From NCBI GenBank assembly GCA_002189035.1, contig NEEC01000010.1, positions 3,483,450-3,547,449 on the forward strand: 64,000 nucleotides of DNA, read 5' to 3'. The notes under the pieces were generated by a model, which was not told the origin of the DNA, did not search any database, and saw only the letters and a program-made list of their open reading frames with translations. The DNA is from Utricularia gibba. Lineage: Eukaryota > Plantae > Magnoliophyta. A program made the translations under genes and the position numbers. Positions 1 through 18,779 of the stretch are shown here, in pieces (positions within the stretch are counted from its first letter, which is position 1; every line of letters begins with the position of its first letter).

Positions 1-196
1 AGCCATGCAACTTGTCCAGATTCATTCTTGATCACCATAGTTTTTACAGGAAAGTAATCATTCTACCTACACAGTACACACCGAGGGTCGCACAAGCATT
101 CTCCCTGAAACCGGCCATGATGGCTGAAACTTCGCACACCAGAGTTCAGGGTCTGGATGTAGCATGCGCATATACAACAATGAAGATATGTGATAC

Positions 197-1974
197 TTAT
201 CTGGGAGTAGGAAGTGGATACCCAAAATCTTGTTCCTGCCTGTAGTGAAGTGGAGAGTGTTGCTGCTGCATATTTCGTCTTCCTTGAGTAGAAGGATCAT
301 TAGTTTTTGTATTACTGGAATGCACTCTTTGTCCTCCATGCTTCTCGCTAGCAGAAGCCAATCTCTCCAGTGTCTCCACGACTTGTTGCATCCCTGGTCG
401 GTGCTTGGGTTCATTTTCAAGGCATTTCAGAGCAAGTTGAGCGATTTGTAGTGCACATCTCGAGGAGTACTTCCCTTCCAAGCGTTGATCCATAATGCTC
501 TTCAGCTTCCTGCGGTCATTGAGTTGCGGCCTTACCCAGTCGGCTAGAATGTGTTGGGCGGCAGGCCTGTTCGTGTCCAGGGCACGTAGACCAGTGAGCA
601 TCTCCACCAGCACCACACCAAATCCATACACATCACTCTTCACATACAGGTGACCTGAAACACAAGTATGAATTATCTTCATGTCGGACCTAGAAATGAT
701 GGTGAATCTAGTCGAAGGACTTAAAAGCTGAAAATGAATCTATTTCCAACATCATTGAAGTCCCATCTGCTCTTAGGAAGATCAAGTGTGGATCCTTCAC
801 CTGTTGCTACATATTCAGGTGCAGCATATCCATATGTTCCCACCACCTGCGTTGTTACATGAGATTTACTTGCAGTTGGACCCATTTTTGCGAGCCCGAA
901 GTCCGATAACTTGGCATTGTACGACTGCAACGCAATATATCAGATGAACACAAAACAAAATCGAAGTCCAGAAGCAACAGCAAACAGTAAAATTTAAAGC
1001 CTAAAATATAGCGTAATCATGCGAACAATCAGTAGATTCCATGGTGATTTCTAATACACTTACCCCATCGAGCAATATGTTGGATGCCTTGAAGTCTCTG
1101 TAAATTACTTTTCTATCTAATGAATGCAGGAATGCAAGTCCACGAGCTGCGCCGATCAGTATCTTAAGCCTGATTTCCCATGGGAGTGGTTGCACGGCAG
1201 AACCCTCTACCAGAAAAAAGCAAGCTTAGAGAGAGAGATTTATTTTATACAGACTAACTTGTTAAATCTGCAAGGAAAAGAGATCGTTACTCCAAAACAA
1301 GTGATTCTCCAAGCTTCCCTTTGGCATGAACTCGTACACGAGAAGCAGCTCTTCATCCTCCCAACAGTAGCCCAAGAGTTTAACCAGATGCGGATGAGAT
1401 AGATTTCCAAGAAAATTGACCTCAGACTGCAAGCAATGAATAGCTATCCAGAGTTGATTCTCTGCTGTATGTAGACAAGTGGGGAAGTGGAGATATAGGC
1501 GCACCTGCCATTCTTGAAACCCCTGCATGCTCTCCGGGTGCAACTTCTTTATGGCAACAGGAGTGATAGGAGTTCCATTTTTGGAATCGAACCAACCCTT
1601 GTAAACTTTGCCAAAGCCACCCTCCCCAAGAACCGAATCATTTTTAAAGTTTCTGGTGGCAGCCTTGAGCTCAGAAAAAGAGTAAATCCGCAGATTTGGA
1701 TGGGGTAACATGAGAGATGTTGGGGCAGCGACATCGTTTCCACTCAACGTCGACAGCTTACTATTACCAGAAGCGTTACTGGCGCTGGAAGAGGATGTTG
1801 TTTCCGTCAACGTCGAGGTGGTCTGAAACGCCGCACCTGCAATTTCAGGACGGACTCAAGATCATCGATTTCTGTCAAACCAGCACAACCAACGAAAAAT
1901 CCATGTAAACTAGGGGGACCTGAAACAGGAGGCGTTGGGCAGCGAGAGCGGGGGGTGCTCCAGCAAATCCCCAT
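197..1974 (-). CDS. Receptor-like cytoplasmic kinase, RLCK-VII (CAST AWAY/PIX13/Cx32-like); 6 exons
   Basis: Exon 1 [19 protein letters not shown] (ATG at 1974, N-myristoylation-type start) splices through GT-AG introns to exons encoding [41 protein letters not shown] and [17 protein letters not shown]. Stop at 197. Frames join correctly. Confidence 0.93.
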
Positions 1975-2687
1975 TACTAACCGAAAAAAAGATCAAGAAT
2001 TGTTCCAGGAAGGGGATGTTCTTCGTTTGAACAAAGCACTGATTTTTCAAACAGCAACAACTAAGACGGGGGAAGAGAACTCCTTCAATCCAGTACAAAC
2101 CCCAAGTTCGGAACGCGTTCAATGAGTCTCAGGGGGAAAGCATCGCACACGCTTGCTCCAAAGTCCCACCAGAAGTCATCGTATGACCGGCAACTTGAGC
2201 AAGCCGAAAGGCGTCGTCTTTCGGAAAGAAAAGAAAGTCCAAGTCAAAGAACGCGTGGGTCGGAATTAGAGGCCGAACATTTGACCAAGGCAGGAGAAGT
2301 AGATCCATTATGTCAGGGCTGACGACAGTGGAAAGGGTAAACCCATCGAGGGATTGGGGTTGCAGTTGAGCGTCGTCGTCAGTCGGCGGCAAGAGGATGG
2401 GATCGTAGATGACGGCGAATTATCACCGCCACTAGGAAATTGCAGACTGAAGGAGGGTAACTCGATGAATCGACCAAAGCCGCATATCGCGCCAGCCAGC
2501 CAGCCACAGTTCCGTTGATCTATATATGCATTGAATCTAATGTATAATAATAATAACAATAATGTCTTGGAGGAAACTCCAGCTTTCCCCCCAACTCTCA
2601 AGAATGCTGCCATCTCTCTACATATGGCATTTTCATTATCGCTACGGACGATGGAAGTCCCGTTGGAATCCTGCAGTAGGTACGTTT

Positions 2688-5600
2688 CTATGTTTCTACA
2701 GCAGCGTCATTCTGGCTGTGGGATGTATGCGAGAATTCCCAACCAGGGAAGCAGCTCCCGGAGAACAAACTTGCAGGAGCTGAACTGTAGAATGCCAATG
2801 GGACCTGCTTCACTCTTCTTCTTATCTGCATCACACAGAAAACCAACAAATAAATGCCTTGGGATGGCCACTCATACCAGAAATCTATAGACAGGTGGTG
2901 ATAAAGCCATGCTTCGAGATATTGCACTTCACCTCATCATGAAAGATTGTTGCATATGAACCTGAGCAAAAATCTTTGACAACAATTTCTGCAGCCTTTG
3001 ATTTGGAGGACAAATCATTCTCAAGAGACAGGGCAAATCTGAATGAACGGAATCGTCTTTGTTATGTTATTGGAGGAAAGAATCCAGAAAAAAACAAGCA
3101 GAAGCCTTGCTCACGGATTGGTACCTTGACACCGCAGGGCAGTAATGATGGCGAAGAGTGTCCAACTCCCAGAGAGAGCTCCCTGTCAGAAATTTCCCAG
3201 TGAAGGAAAAAAAAATGTTACCTTCTCTTCAAAAAGCTAAAGAAACGAAAAGCAGTTGCCCAGCACTAAGCATGAAGCTCGGCAGGATTAGATGACATTG
3301 CAGTTCAAAAACGAAACCGCAGTTAAAAACTACAGGAAGTGTCATGCTCGGAAAAATCGATAAATATTGTTAGAAAAGAGTACGGACTCTCCATGAATGA
3401 TGATTGGACAGAAAAAAGAAAAGAAACTCGAACTCACTCAAAGCGTTGGTACTTCTAGGATCACTTTCTTCATATCTGAAGTGATCCAGTCCTGGCTTCC
3501 CCTGAAGTAGATCATTATCAGCACCACGTTTGTTGGAGCTTCCCAAACTGATTTCCACTTCTGTAGAAGTTCCATTGCCAATAGCGTTACCACCTTCCTG
3601 CTTGATAAATGGGAGTAGTTTAGATATTTAAAGTTTATGATACATCATGTGAATCTATTCCTTAATACTTAGTTGGTGATCTGTAGCTTTTCATAAAACA
3701 TGCATTCTCAAGGAACAGAAAACTCATCCTTCATGCCGTATGTTGCCTTCCACACACACACACACACGCACACAAAACAACCATCATGAGAAAACAAGAT
3801 CATGAATGTGTACTAGTTCAAATTATTTCGCACATCAGGAAAGTTCATTATTAATATATGACTCCAGAAAATCCCGATTCCACAAAGAAATTGAAAACCA
3901 AGAATTAGCACAAAAGAAATTAGCTACCTTATGAACCAAGAAGTAGACTGAAGGATGTCTCTGTAGAAGATTATGGACCAGAGCAATTACAACAAGAGCT
4001 CCTGATGGAGGGATAAAGAGAGCAAGCCTGCTCAGTTTCTTACAGAAGGAAGCAGCCAAATAAGCTGGAAGGAGAGACGATTTCAAGCACGAGTCGAGGA
4101 GCTGAGAATGTTAAGAAAAAAGCACGTTCTTAATAATAAAATTTAGTATACGGTATAACAAATACTACATCAAATAAGGCAATAAATCAATTGTCTATAT
4201 CGATGCTTTCAGCTCATCGTCATGGCTTGACAATGATGAACCAGTAAAGTAACATTGTTTTCAGTTCCGGTCGAGAGCAACCTACAGTTTATACACACAA
4301 GTTCTACAGAAAAAAAAAAGAAGAAATGCAAGGAAGAGAAATAATATCATGTCGCACGTTCAGTACCTGGAAAAATTTTGCTCGATGCTTAGCTATAAAT
4401 ATAGAGGGCTCTAGCAGACCATAGAGTTTATTATAAAAATTTGGGTACTCAAGTCCATGTTGTGTCATAAGGATGTACAGACTGCTCAGAGCCATAACGC
4501 TGACAATGCCACCAATATCGTATGAGAGAGTTAAGAAGTCACTGAGAGGACGAGCAATTAAAGAAATAAAGTGGTGTTAGGAGGAAATCAAATGAAAAAA
4601 AATAATCTACTCATGATGAACATCCGCATGACTTGCCATAACACTGTTGGATTAGAAAGATTTGGAATGACGTCCTGATGAAGCGTGGCTAGAACCTACA
4701 AGCCAATGGAAGCATCGGTGACCTGCTAGAATATATGCATGACTTCCTTAAACTTGCACATGCATGCACAAGGTGATCGCTTTTTTTGTGTTGTTGGGTA
4801 CTGGTATACAAATAATTTATAGTAGAGGAAACCTGAAAGTAATGATAATCATATGGACCCATGGAAAAAAAAGCACTCTGCTTCACCTCCTTGTAGACAT
4901 CAAGGGGAAGCTCCAGTTTGAGAAATGATATCCACGCATTGCTAAACTTAAGTTTCATTTTCCTTGCCACCTTTATGGGTGAATGACCCTGAAAATAAAA
5001 TTATATATATATTGATTCATGAAGAAAACCATTTATATGTGCATAAGGGCAAGGCCAACGTGAAGAAAACCATGTATACCTTGTCATTGAACTTATCAGA
5101 ACTAGGGTTCTTATATTCCGTGTCAGTATGCTCATCTTTTCTTTTGCTGTTGAACATGCCTATTGAAGACATGTGTGGAGAGAAGTTGAGCAAAAATAAC
5201 GACTACCCAAAATTAACCTGAAAAGTAGTGCGCCATTGGAAATCAACTATTACCGAGTGAGCTCCACATCTTGGAATTTTCATCTGAATCTCCAAAAGGC
5301 GGCACCTTACTCAGCAAATGATGTATCATGCGAATGGAGAGCTCCTTGCTTCATTAAAAGAAAATCAAGGATAGTATTTAGACCAACCTAGGGGAGCAAA
5401 ATCTGGTGAAAGTAATTGCACAGCAGCGTTGAGTCCAGATGCATTCAAATTTCATTAACTCGTAAGTAGAAAAATATTTAGCTGAAAATGAAACTGACCA
5501 TTTCAGGAGATGTGATAACGCTCCAGATATATTTAGGTCAATAATTAAGTTAAATAAATCTTATTACACATTTTAAGATAACTAATTCTAGGAACCTAAT

Positions 5601-6832
5601 TCAAAATGCTAGCTACTCTTTATTACCTTGTCAATGACTGAGTGTTGCCACCAGCATCTTGATTGGAATCATCAGCTGTGGGAAAGGAAAAGAGGAAAAA
5701 AATCTGATTGGTGAACAAATAAGATGTTGAATAATTTTTTGGCCTCACTAAAACGAAAGAGGGGCTTGCCTTTCCTTTCAAGGGTTCGAGCTAGTTTATC
5801 CAAACTTATATACGTGAAATACCTGTACAAAAATAAATATTACTTTGCTAGCAATTTGAACTAAATACTATAGAAATGCACTTTCCGTATAACATTTTCA
5901 AAAAATTTGAAAATTTTACACAAAATGAGTGGTTGTAAACAAAAAAAAAAAAAAAAAAGCCATCGAGCAAAGGTAGACATACCGAACATCAATATACATA
6001 AAATATTTGCTAGTGAGCGAATCCAATACGATGTCATCAACGCTTAGCACAGAATGCGCCTACATCAATATAAAAAATAAAATCAGAGAACACAGGATAA
6101 AACAAAAAAGGACAAATATTTCAATGCAATCAATGGCGTAAAAGGAGACTTACCAAGGCACTGAGAAGCTTGTGATAAATAGCAGAGTGAAACCTTCCCC
6201 CATTGCCATTTTTCACAAATTCCATGATGGAGTCAAGCACAACCTCCTGTAGCAAGATAGGCAGACTAATATCAAATGATAATAAAGCCGTATCAAATTA
6301 TCTTCAATTCTCAGTAGGGCCAGACTTCAAAACCTATGTCCAGTAATACAATAATGCCATATGAAAAAAGATGACCTTTTTTTTTAAAAAAAAAGGAATA
6401 ACAGAAGTCATCTAACGAATACAAAACAGCAACTCTTACTCTAACAGCATCCTCAGAATCCGAGACAGCAAAGCCGATGAGAGATTGAGCAAACTCGTCA
6501 AACTTAGAGGTAAGCCAAGTGCGGTAAACGACCTCAGGGTGAGAGTCTGTATCGCCACATTTAGACAAAGACAAAGATCCCAACTCGGAAAGTAAGGGAG
6601 TGAAGAAGGACTGCAAGGAAAGGAGAGACTCGAGGACATATTGCGGCGGAGAATTAGGATTGATAAATTCCAGGAGGATCGGAAGGTTGTTGATGTGTCT
6701 TCTGGAGATAAGTAACTGCTCTCCTAGAACCTTCAAACCTGATAGGCTCAAATTTCCCACCTTATTCTTCTTCTGCTTTCGACTCGTCGTCGGAGAACTG
6801 TGCCACCCGGCGGCGCGTTTCATGGAAGCCAT
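2688..6832 (-). CDS. NOC4: Nucleolar complex-associated protein 4 (CBF/Mak21 domain); about 15 exons
   Basis: Spliced exons give KLKFSNAWISFLKLELPLDVYKEV, LCDFLTLSYDIGG, LEYPNFYNKLYGLLEP, AASFCKKLSRLAL, SSLWELDTLRHHYCPAVSR and RRVKQVPLAFY. Two introns use GC donors. Confidence 0.93.
3751..3767. repeat. (CA)n microsatellite in a NOC4 intron
   Basis: Read directly from the sequence. Confidence 0.9.
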
Positions 6833-7084
6833 GGAGGAGGAAGCTGCGGGTGGGGTTTGCATTTTATGATAAAACGAAAAATGAAATTTGGGCCTTTATT
6901 CTGGAAGTTTGTTGGATCCAGCCCAAGAAGGAGCGATGGAGGAGAAGTGACGATTTGGAAAAGGCATCCAAAAGGGATTCTGGCAATCTGTTGGATCAAG
7001 GAAAACGAACAAGTGCTGTAGCTGTACAAAAGGGATTTTCACAAGTCTCTGTCTGATCTTTGAAACAAAAGGGATTTCGGCCCC

Positions 7085-7109
7085 GACACACAACACACAC
7101 ACACACACC
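7085..7109. repeat. (AC)n microsatellite just downstream of the RING stop codon
   Basis: Read directly from the sequence; one interruption. Confidence 0.85.
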
Positions 7110-7129
7110 ACGAGTCAGGGTTGAAAATG

Positions 7130-8481
7130 TCAGTCTTGTTCATCATCCAAGTCCAAGTATGAGAGTGAGACTGGAGACTGCTCACCACTTTCAGCACAGT
7201 GCTCCCCAAGTTGGCGTCGCATATGCTTGATGTAAACATCATCAAACGCATCAATGCTCAGGCCGGAGCCCATGAAAACCTCCAACTCACTCACAAACCT
7301 CGCTGTCCTGCCACTCAAGAAAGCTTTGCTTACTTCATAGACTCTTGTTCTAAACTCCTCCCGTGCCCTGTCTTTCGAACAACTTCCCTTGTCCTTCAAC
7401 CAACCTCTGCTCGTTCCACGATATCAACCCAGTATTACGCTTTCTTATCCTGTGGATGCTATACTTCAAGATCAAGAAATGCTGCTTCGTACCTTCGCAA
7501 TGCATCCAGCGCTCCACTTATGTGATGGACAATAATATCCACATCCTCATCCTGCAGGATAGCCTGAATCTCTCTTCTCAGCCAGTCACCAAGAAAGCTA
7601 TTTTGTTGTAGATATTTTCTGGCCTTCCAATAACTTGGCACCTTCAGCTCATCACCCAGATTACCTGCCAACCCACAATCACCAAAAAGTATGACAACCA
7701 AGATTCATCCTCTCAACACAACAACCAAGAGCTGGGGTGTAACAAAGATCAAATACCCTGTTCAACGTAGTAGCATTTCAATCTATACCTATGGGCTTCT
7801 GTAAAGAACCCACTGCAGAGATAAAGATACATATCAGTCAACAGGAAATGACACGATCTACAAACACAAGCATGCCGTAAAAAACACTCAGTACCTATTC
7901 TTCAACTTCTCACCCGCGTAATCTCGTTGGAATGCAGCCCCATCATATCCATGAATAATAGACAGATTCTCAGTCTGAAGATAAGAATGAAAGAATGTCT
8001 GATCATGGCGAAAATCACAACGGGGAAATCTGGGAGAGATTGGAGTTTTTTAAGTGTTGATCAACAAAAAACCGCTAAGGCACAGCCTTGAACAGATAAA
8101 ACCTTCGACACCGAAACCAGGAGATGAAGCTAACCTTGCAAAGTGGGCACTTGAAAGATGAACGTGGACCGGATCCGCTGGCTGCAACTATATCGATCCA
8201 TTTCTTGATGCAGCTATAACAAAACTTGTCTGCAAAATAAAGTCTCTTGAATCAATTTCCAGGCAAATCTCGAGGATTCTTTATTCCCGGTACTGAGTAT
8301 GCTTACTGAGTATATACTGTACAGTCAAACCCCTCACCAATATCACTATAGCAACTATGGAAAACGAAGCATGTTACGTACGGAAGCATTGGTCCAAATA
8401 TGAGTCGCGAGTGACTTGCGACAGGCAGATGGGGCAGGGATTTTGGTCGGAAAATGTCGAGCTTTCATCCCCAGCCATCAT
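7130..8481 (-). CDS. C3HC4 RING-finger protein, probable E3 ubiquitin ligase
   Basis: Exons 1-2 encode CPICLSQVTRDSYLDQCFHKFCYSCIKKW...CPLCK. Later exons give WLRREIQAILQDEDVDIIVHHI and FLSGRTARFVSELEVF. Stop at 7130. Confidence 0.88.
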
Positions 8482-8711
8482 CGCAATTTCACCGCGGGCA
8501 GACGGAAGAGACGTGGAGGAGGAGAGGGCATAAATGTTAGAGACTACATACACAGTGGGCTTACAAAATAATTTACTTGTTACTGCGATTTCCCTGCGAT
8601 AAATAAGGATTCTTTCTGGTGTGGTTACTGGTCCCTTTTCTCATTTCACATCTCACCAGTTCCCTTCACTGCATTAGTTGGGGTCGAGGGGGGCTTTCGA
8701 GTCCATCGGAA
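8482..8711. promoter_or_regulatory. Probable bidirectional promoter shared by the RING gene and TON2
   Basis: Only 230 bp between the divergent ATGs; contains a site-II-type TGGGCT near 8556. Confidence 0.6.
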
Positions 8712-11499
8712 ATGTACGGCGGCTCCGGCGATGGCGATGCCCCGGCGCAGAGGAAAATACCGGCTGCATCTTCAATGCTCTGGGTTCGGAATCTCCGCCG
8801 CTACATAGGATCTGGGGCTGGGCTCGGATCCGAGGCTCTTATGGGTGAAATACGCTTTGAGAAAGTTTTTTTTTTTTTTACTCCAAAGGAAGCACTTCCG
8901 TATCTGATGATTCTAAAATTATGCATTGCAGAACTTGAGACCAAGAAGATTTTGCTTGACATATTTAAAGAGAAGCAGCAGAAGAACGCTGAAGCTGGCG
9001 GCATTCCAAGCTTCTACAAGAGGGTAGCTTTGGTGTTTGTTTTACTCGCTTCCGTTTACTGGTTGTTCATTCCTTTTCCGTGGTTTTAGAAACCTGAAGA
9101 GGGTTCCATCAGCCACAGGGTTCAGAGGCTCGCTAAGTATCGATTTCTAAAGGTAATTTGGTTTAATTTCCTCTTGGTTCCTGTAGCACCACTCCTAAGT
9201 TTCTTCTCTTAAGAGATACTATGACTTTCTTGAATTTGTTTTCCCTACTTTTCTGATGCTTTCATGTTCTCCAATCAGAAACAATCTGATCTTTTGCTGA
9301 ATGCTGATGACCTGGACGCCATGTGGGTATGCCTCAGAGAAAATTGTGTCATTGATGATGCAACTGGAGCAGAGAAGGTAGCTACTTAAGACACTATATA
9401 CATTAATGTTCAGCCAAGATGCGAACTTTTGGTTGGTTGAAGCTGACCTGAAACGCGTTCCATGTATGGCTTAGATGAATTATGAAGACTTCTGCCACAT
9501 TGCTTCTGTGTGTACAGAACAAATAGGAGTGAAATGCCGACGTTTTTTCAGCCCCTCTAACTTCATGAAGTTTGAGAAAGACGAATCAGGAAGGATTTCC
9601 ATCCTTCCTTTCTATCTCTATGTGATGCGTACAGTAAGGCATTTTTCCTCTGATCCATGTAGTGATGCACGAGGGAATAGAAAAAATTATGGCTTGTGCC
9701 TGTGGTCTGTGAATACAGGTTTCGCTAACCCAAGCCAGAATTGACATGAGCGAGCTTGATGAGGATTCTGATGGATTCCTTCAGCCTCATGTGTGTGGTT
9801 TATGTTTTTTATTTTAACACTGTAAATATCTTCTTTTTGATGATTTTTTTCTCTTATATTTTGAGCCTTTCTCTTCTTGAAATAGGAAATGGAGTCCTAT
9901 ATACGTGGTCTTATTCCTAACCTGGCGCAATTGAGGGACATGCCCACAGCTTTTGTGCAAATGTATTGTCGCATAGCAGCACACAAATTCTTTTTCTTCT
10001 GTGATCCACACAAGCGAGGTTTGTCTTTCATCAATTCTCTTAGGTTTACTATTGAAGTCTTATATTTCAAGCACGGTAACTCATGTCAATGAACAGGTAA
10101 AGCATGCATAAAGAAGATCCTGCTTAGTAATTGTCTTCAAGAACTAATGGAACTGCATCAGGTAATCCATGGTTGTGTATTCAGAAATTGTTCATTTGGG
10201 TCGTCACTTATTTAGGCATGTTATGATTAATACATTTAACTCTGTTTTATTAATTTTGAAACAACTTTTTCTGCTTTCCGCCCCCTGCATCAAGTGTTAC
10301 AACCTTTTATCATGCCGTGCTGCTGTCTTTGCTTTCTCTGCTGGTTTTGTTTTTCACTGCCCCAGCTTAACGTTTGCTGTTGTTCTTACCTCTGGCTGAA
10401 TCCAGGAAAATGAAGAAGAGGCAACTGATACTGAACAAGCAGAAAACTGGTTCTCCTTGACATCAGCCCAGCGCATATGCGGTATTATCAGTTTTTTAGT
10501 CTGAGTCACGTTTCTGCTGCCTCTTGAATAATTTTCGCGCTGAGTAGGGGGATCCTGAAATTAACCAAATGTTGAATTGGGGAATTGCAGACATGTTCCT
10601 TGCGCTTGATAAGGATATGAACGGAACGCTGAGCAAACAGGAGCTTCGTGATTATGCAGATGGGACATTGACTGACATTTTTATTGAGAGAGGTACATCC
10701 ATTCTAATTGACTGCCATTTGCTAAATATGCGTGAAAGATGACTGTACATGGAAATAGTTAACTTTCCCTGAATGAAATGATAACCATCATGTCCCGTAT
10801 TCTTCCATTTAGTTTTTGATGAGCATGTCCGCCGAGGCAAAAGTGGAGGTGGTAATGCCCGGGAAATGGATTTTGAAAGCTTCCTTGACTTTGTTCTTGC
10901 TCTGGAGAACAAGGACAGTACTGAAGGCCTCACATACTTATTCAAGTGTCTTGATCTTCAAGGCAGGGGATTCCTGACAACTGCTGATGTCCATACACTC
11001 TTCAGGTTAGTTTTGACTGTTTTTCCAAATGGAGATAAATTTACAAGTCATTGTACCTCAGACATCAGTTTTGTTACAATAACAACGGTCCAATCTGGAA
11101 GTGAAGAATATTAATACGAAGAGCTTTCCATGTTTCCTGTTGTGTTATTCCTGCTTGTGACAATGTGTTAGCTGCATCCCTCAAGTTACCAGATACATAA
11201 GGCGTATGATTTGTGCCATGTCTCAGCAACCCTTGTCAATTTGCGTTTCATGAAACAGAGATGTCCACCAGAAATGGATCGAGGGAGGTAATTACGAGCT
11301 GTGCATTGAAGATGTACGGGATGAAATCTGGGACATGGTAAAGCCAGCAGACCCGCTGATGATATCGCTCTCTGATCTGCTTGCTTGCAAGCAGGGAGGG
11401 ACTGTTGCAAGCATGCTTATAGATGTGCGTGGGTTCTGGGCCCATGACAACAGGGAGAACCTTCTTCAGGAAGAGGAAGAACCTGAAGAGGAACAGTAG
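8712..11499 (+). CDS. TON2: PP2A B'' regulatory subunit TONNEAU2/FASS; 12 exons
   Basis: Starts MYGGSGDGDAPAQRKIPAASSMLWVRNLRRYIGSGAGLGSEALM. Has EF-hand-type exons (FLALDKDMNGTLSKQEL; MDFESFLDFVLALENK) and ends GFWAHDNRENLLQEEEEPEEEQ*. All introns GT-AG. Confidence 0.96.
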
Positions 11500-11969
11500 C
11501 TGCACCATGTTGAATTCAAACGTGTAATCCTAACATCATCCAGTGTGAAGCAGGCGTCACTTTTATTCGGTTCTCTTTCCCTTTCTAGTAAAAGATATTT
11601 GTGTTTATTCTGTGTATAAGAAACTCTTAAGACCAAGGGGTCAAAAGTTGAGTTTGGCTCATCCGACGCGTACATGCCATGGGAACGTCTTTGCGTTTTG
11701 GCATTTAATAATTCGTATGTTGTGTAATACTGTTCTATTTATGACTAGGCAGAACTGCCATAAGGTTCACTGATTTCTCAAGATCTTCTAGTCTTGCCTC
11801 AAATGTTGCAAGTACAAGTACTAAAAGACCAACATCAGTATAACATGGGCTGCGTTCAATTACAGCTACAAGGTTGAAAAACAAATGCTGTTACTTTCTG
11901 TGGGCTCTTGCATCCATTTTTGTGAACATAAGCAAGCAAACAGCTCACACCTATTTGATAATGAATAGG

Positions 11970-18101
<6,132 letters not shown>

Positions 18102-18779
18102 CCCCTCTAGCAGCGAGCCGTAGCTGAAACAGGTAATTAAGTGCGGAGGAGGGTAGGATAAAAGAGAAAACCGCAAAGAAGAAAAAAGAAATCTCCCGCA
18201 CGAACGTTCAAAACCAAATTCTCGTCTGTTCAATTGTAATATATATGTCTTGCTTCTCCGTCAAACCTTCTCTCCCAACTTTCTTCCATGGGCACATAAA
18301 ACTCGATCTGGAGTGGTAACCACTAGAGCCAACATGTTACGGTGGAAGGATGCGAAGCTCTCGATCCCCATGAAGGCAGCCTATTCATTAATTAACCAGT
18401 CCAAGTTCTCCCCAGTTCACATTTCGACAATTTTGTTAGAATCCATACCATGGAACTGGTGTAATCTCCCACTGGAACAGAAGAAATTGGCATCTAGCTC
18501 GTATTATTCTGGGCAATTGAATAAGGATCCATAATAAAAATTTGACAATCCGGATATTATAAACGCAGGCAGCATTGGCTGCCCCACGTGGCAACGACAG
18601 CAGTAGCCACTGCCCGCCTACGTGTACACACTCCATTGGCAGTTCATGTTTTTCTTCTTCCCTCCTCAACGGCGGTGGCAGTGTGGCACCAAATGATGGG
18701 GAGCTACGGGTGTCCGGAAACTGGCACAAACGCAGTAATCCTGGCATCCGTACCGTTTCCTTTGTCTTCCTCCCTTGTT

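Noticed and set aside
6191-6205. Suspected homopolymer frameshift in NOC4 exon 2
   Set aside because: Recounting gives five C's; the frame GNGGRFHSAIYH is intact.
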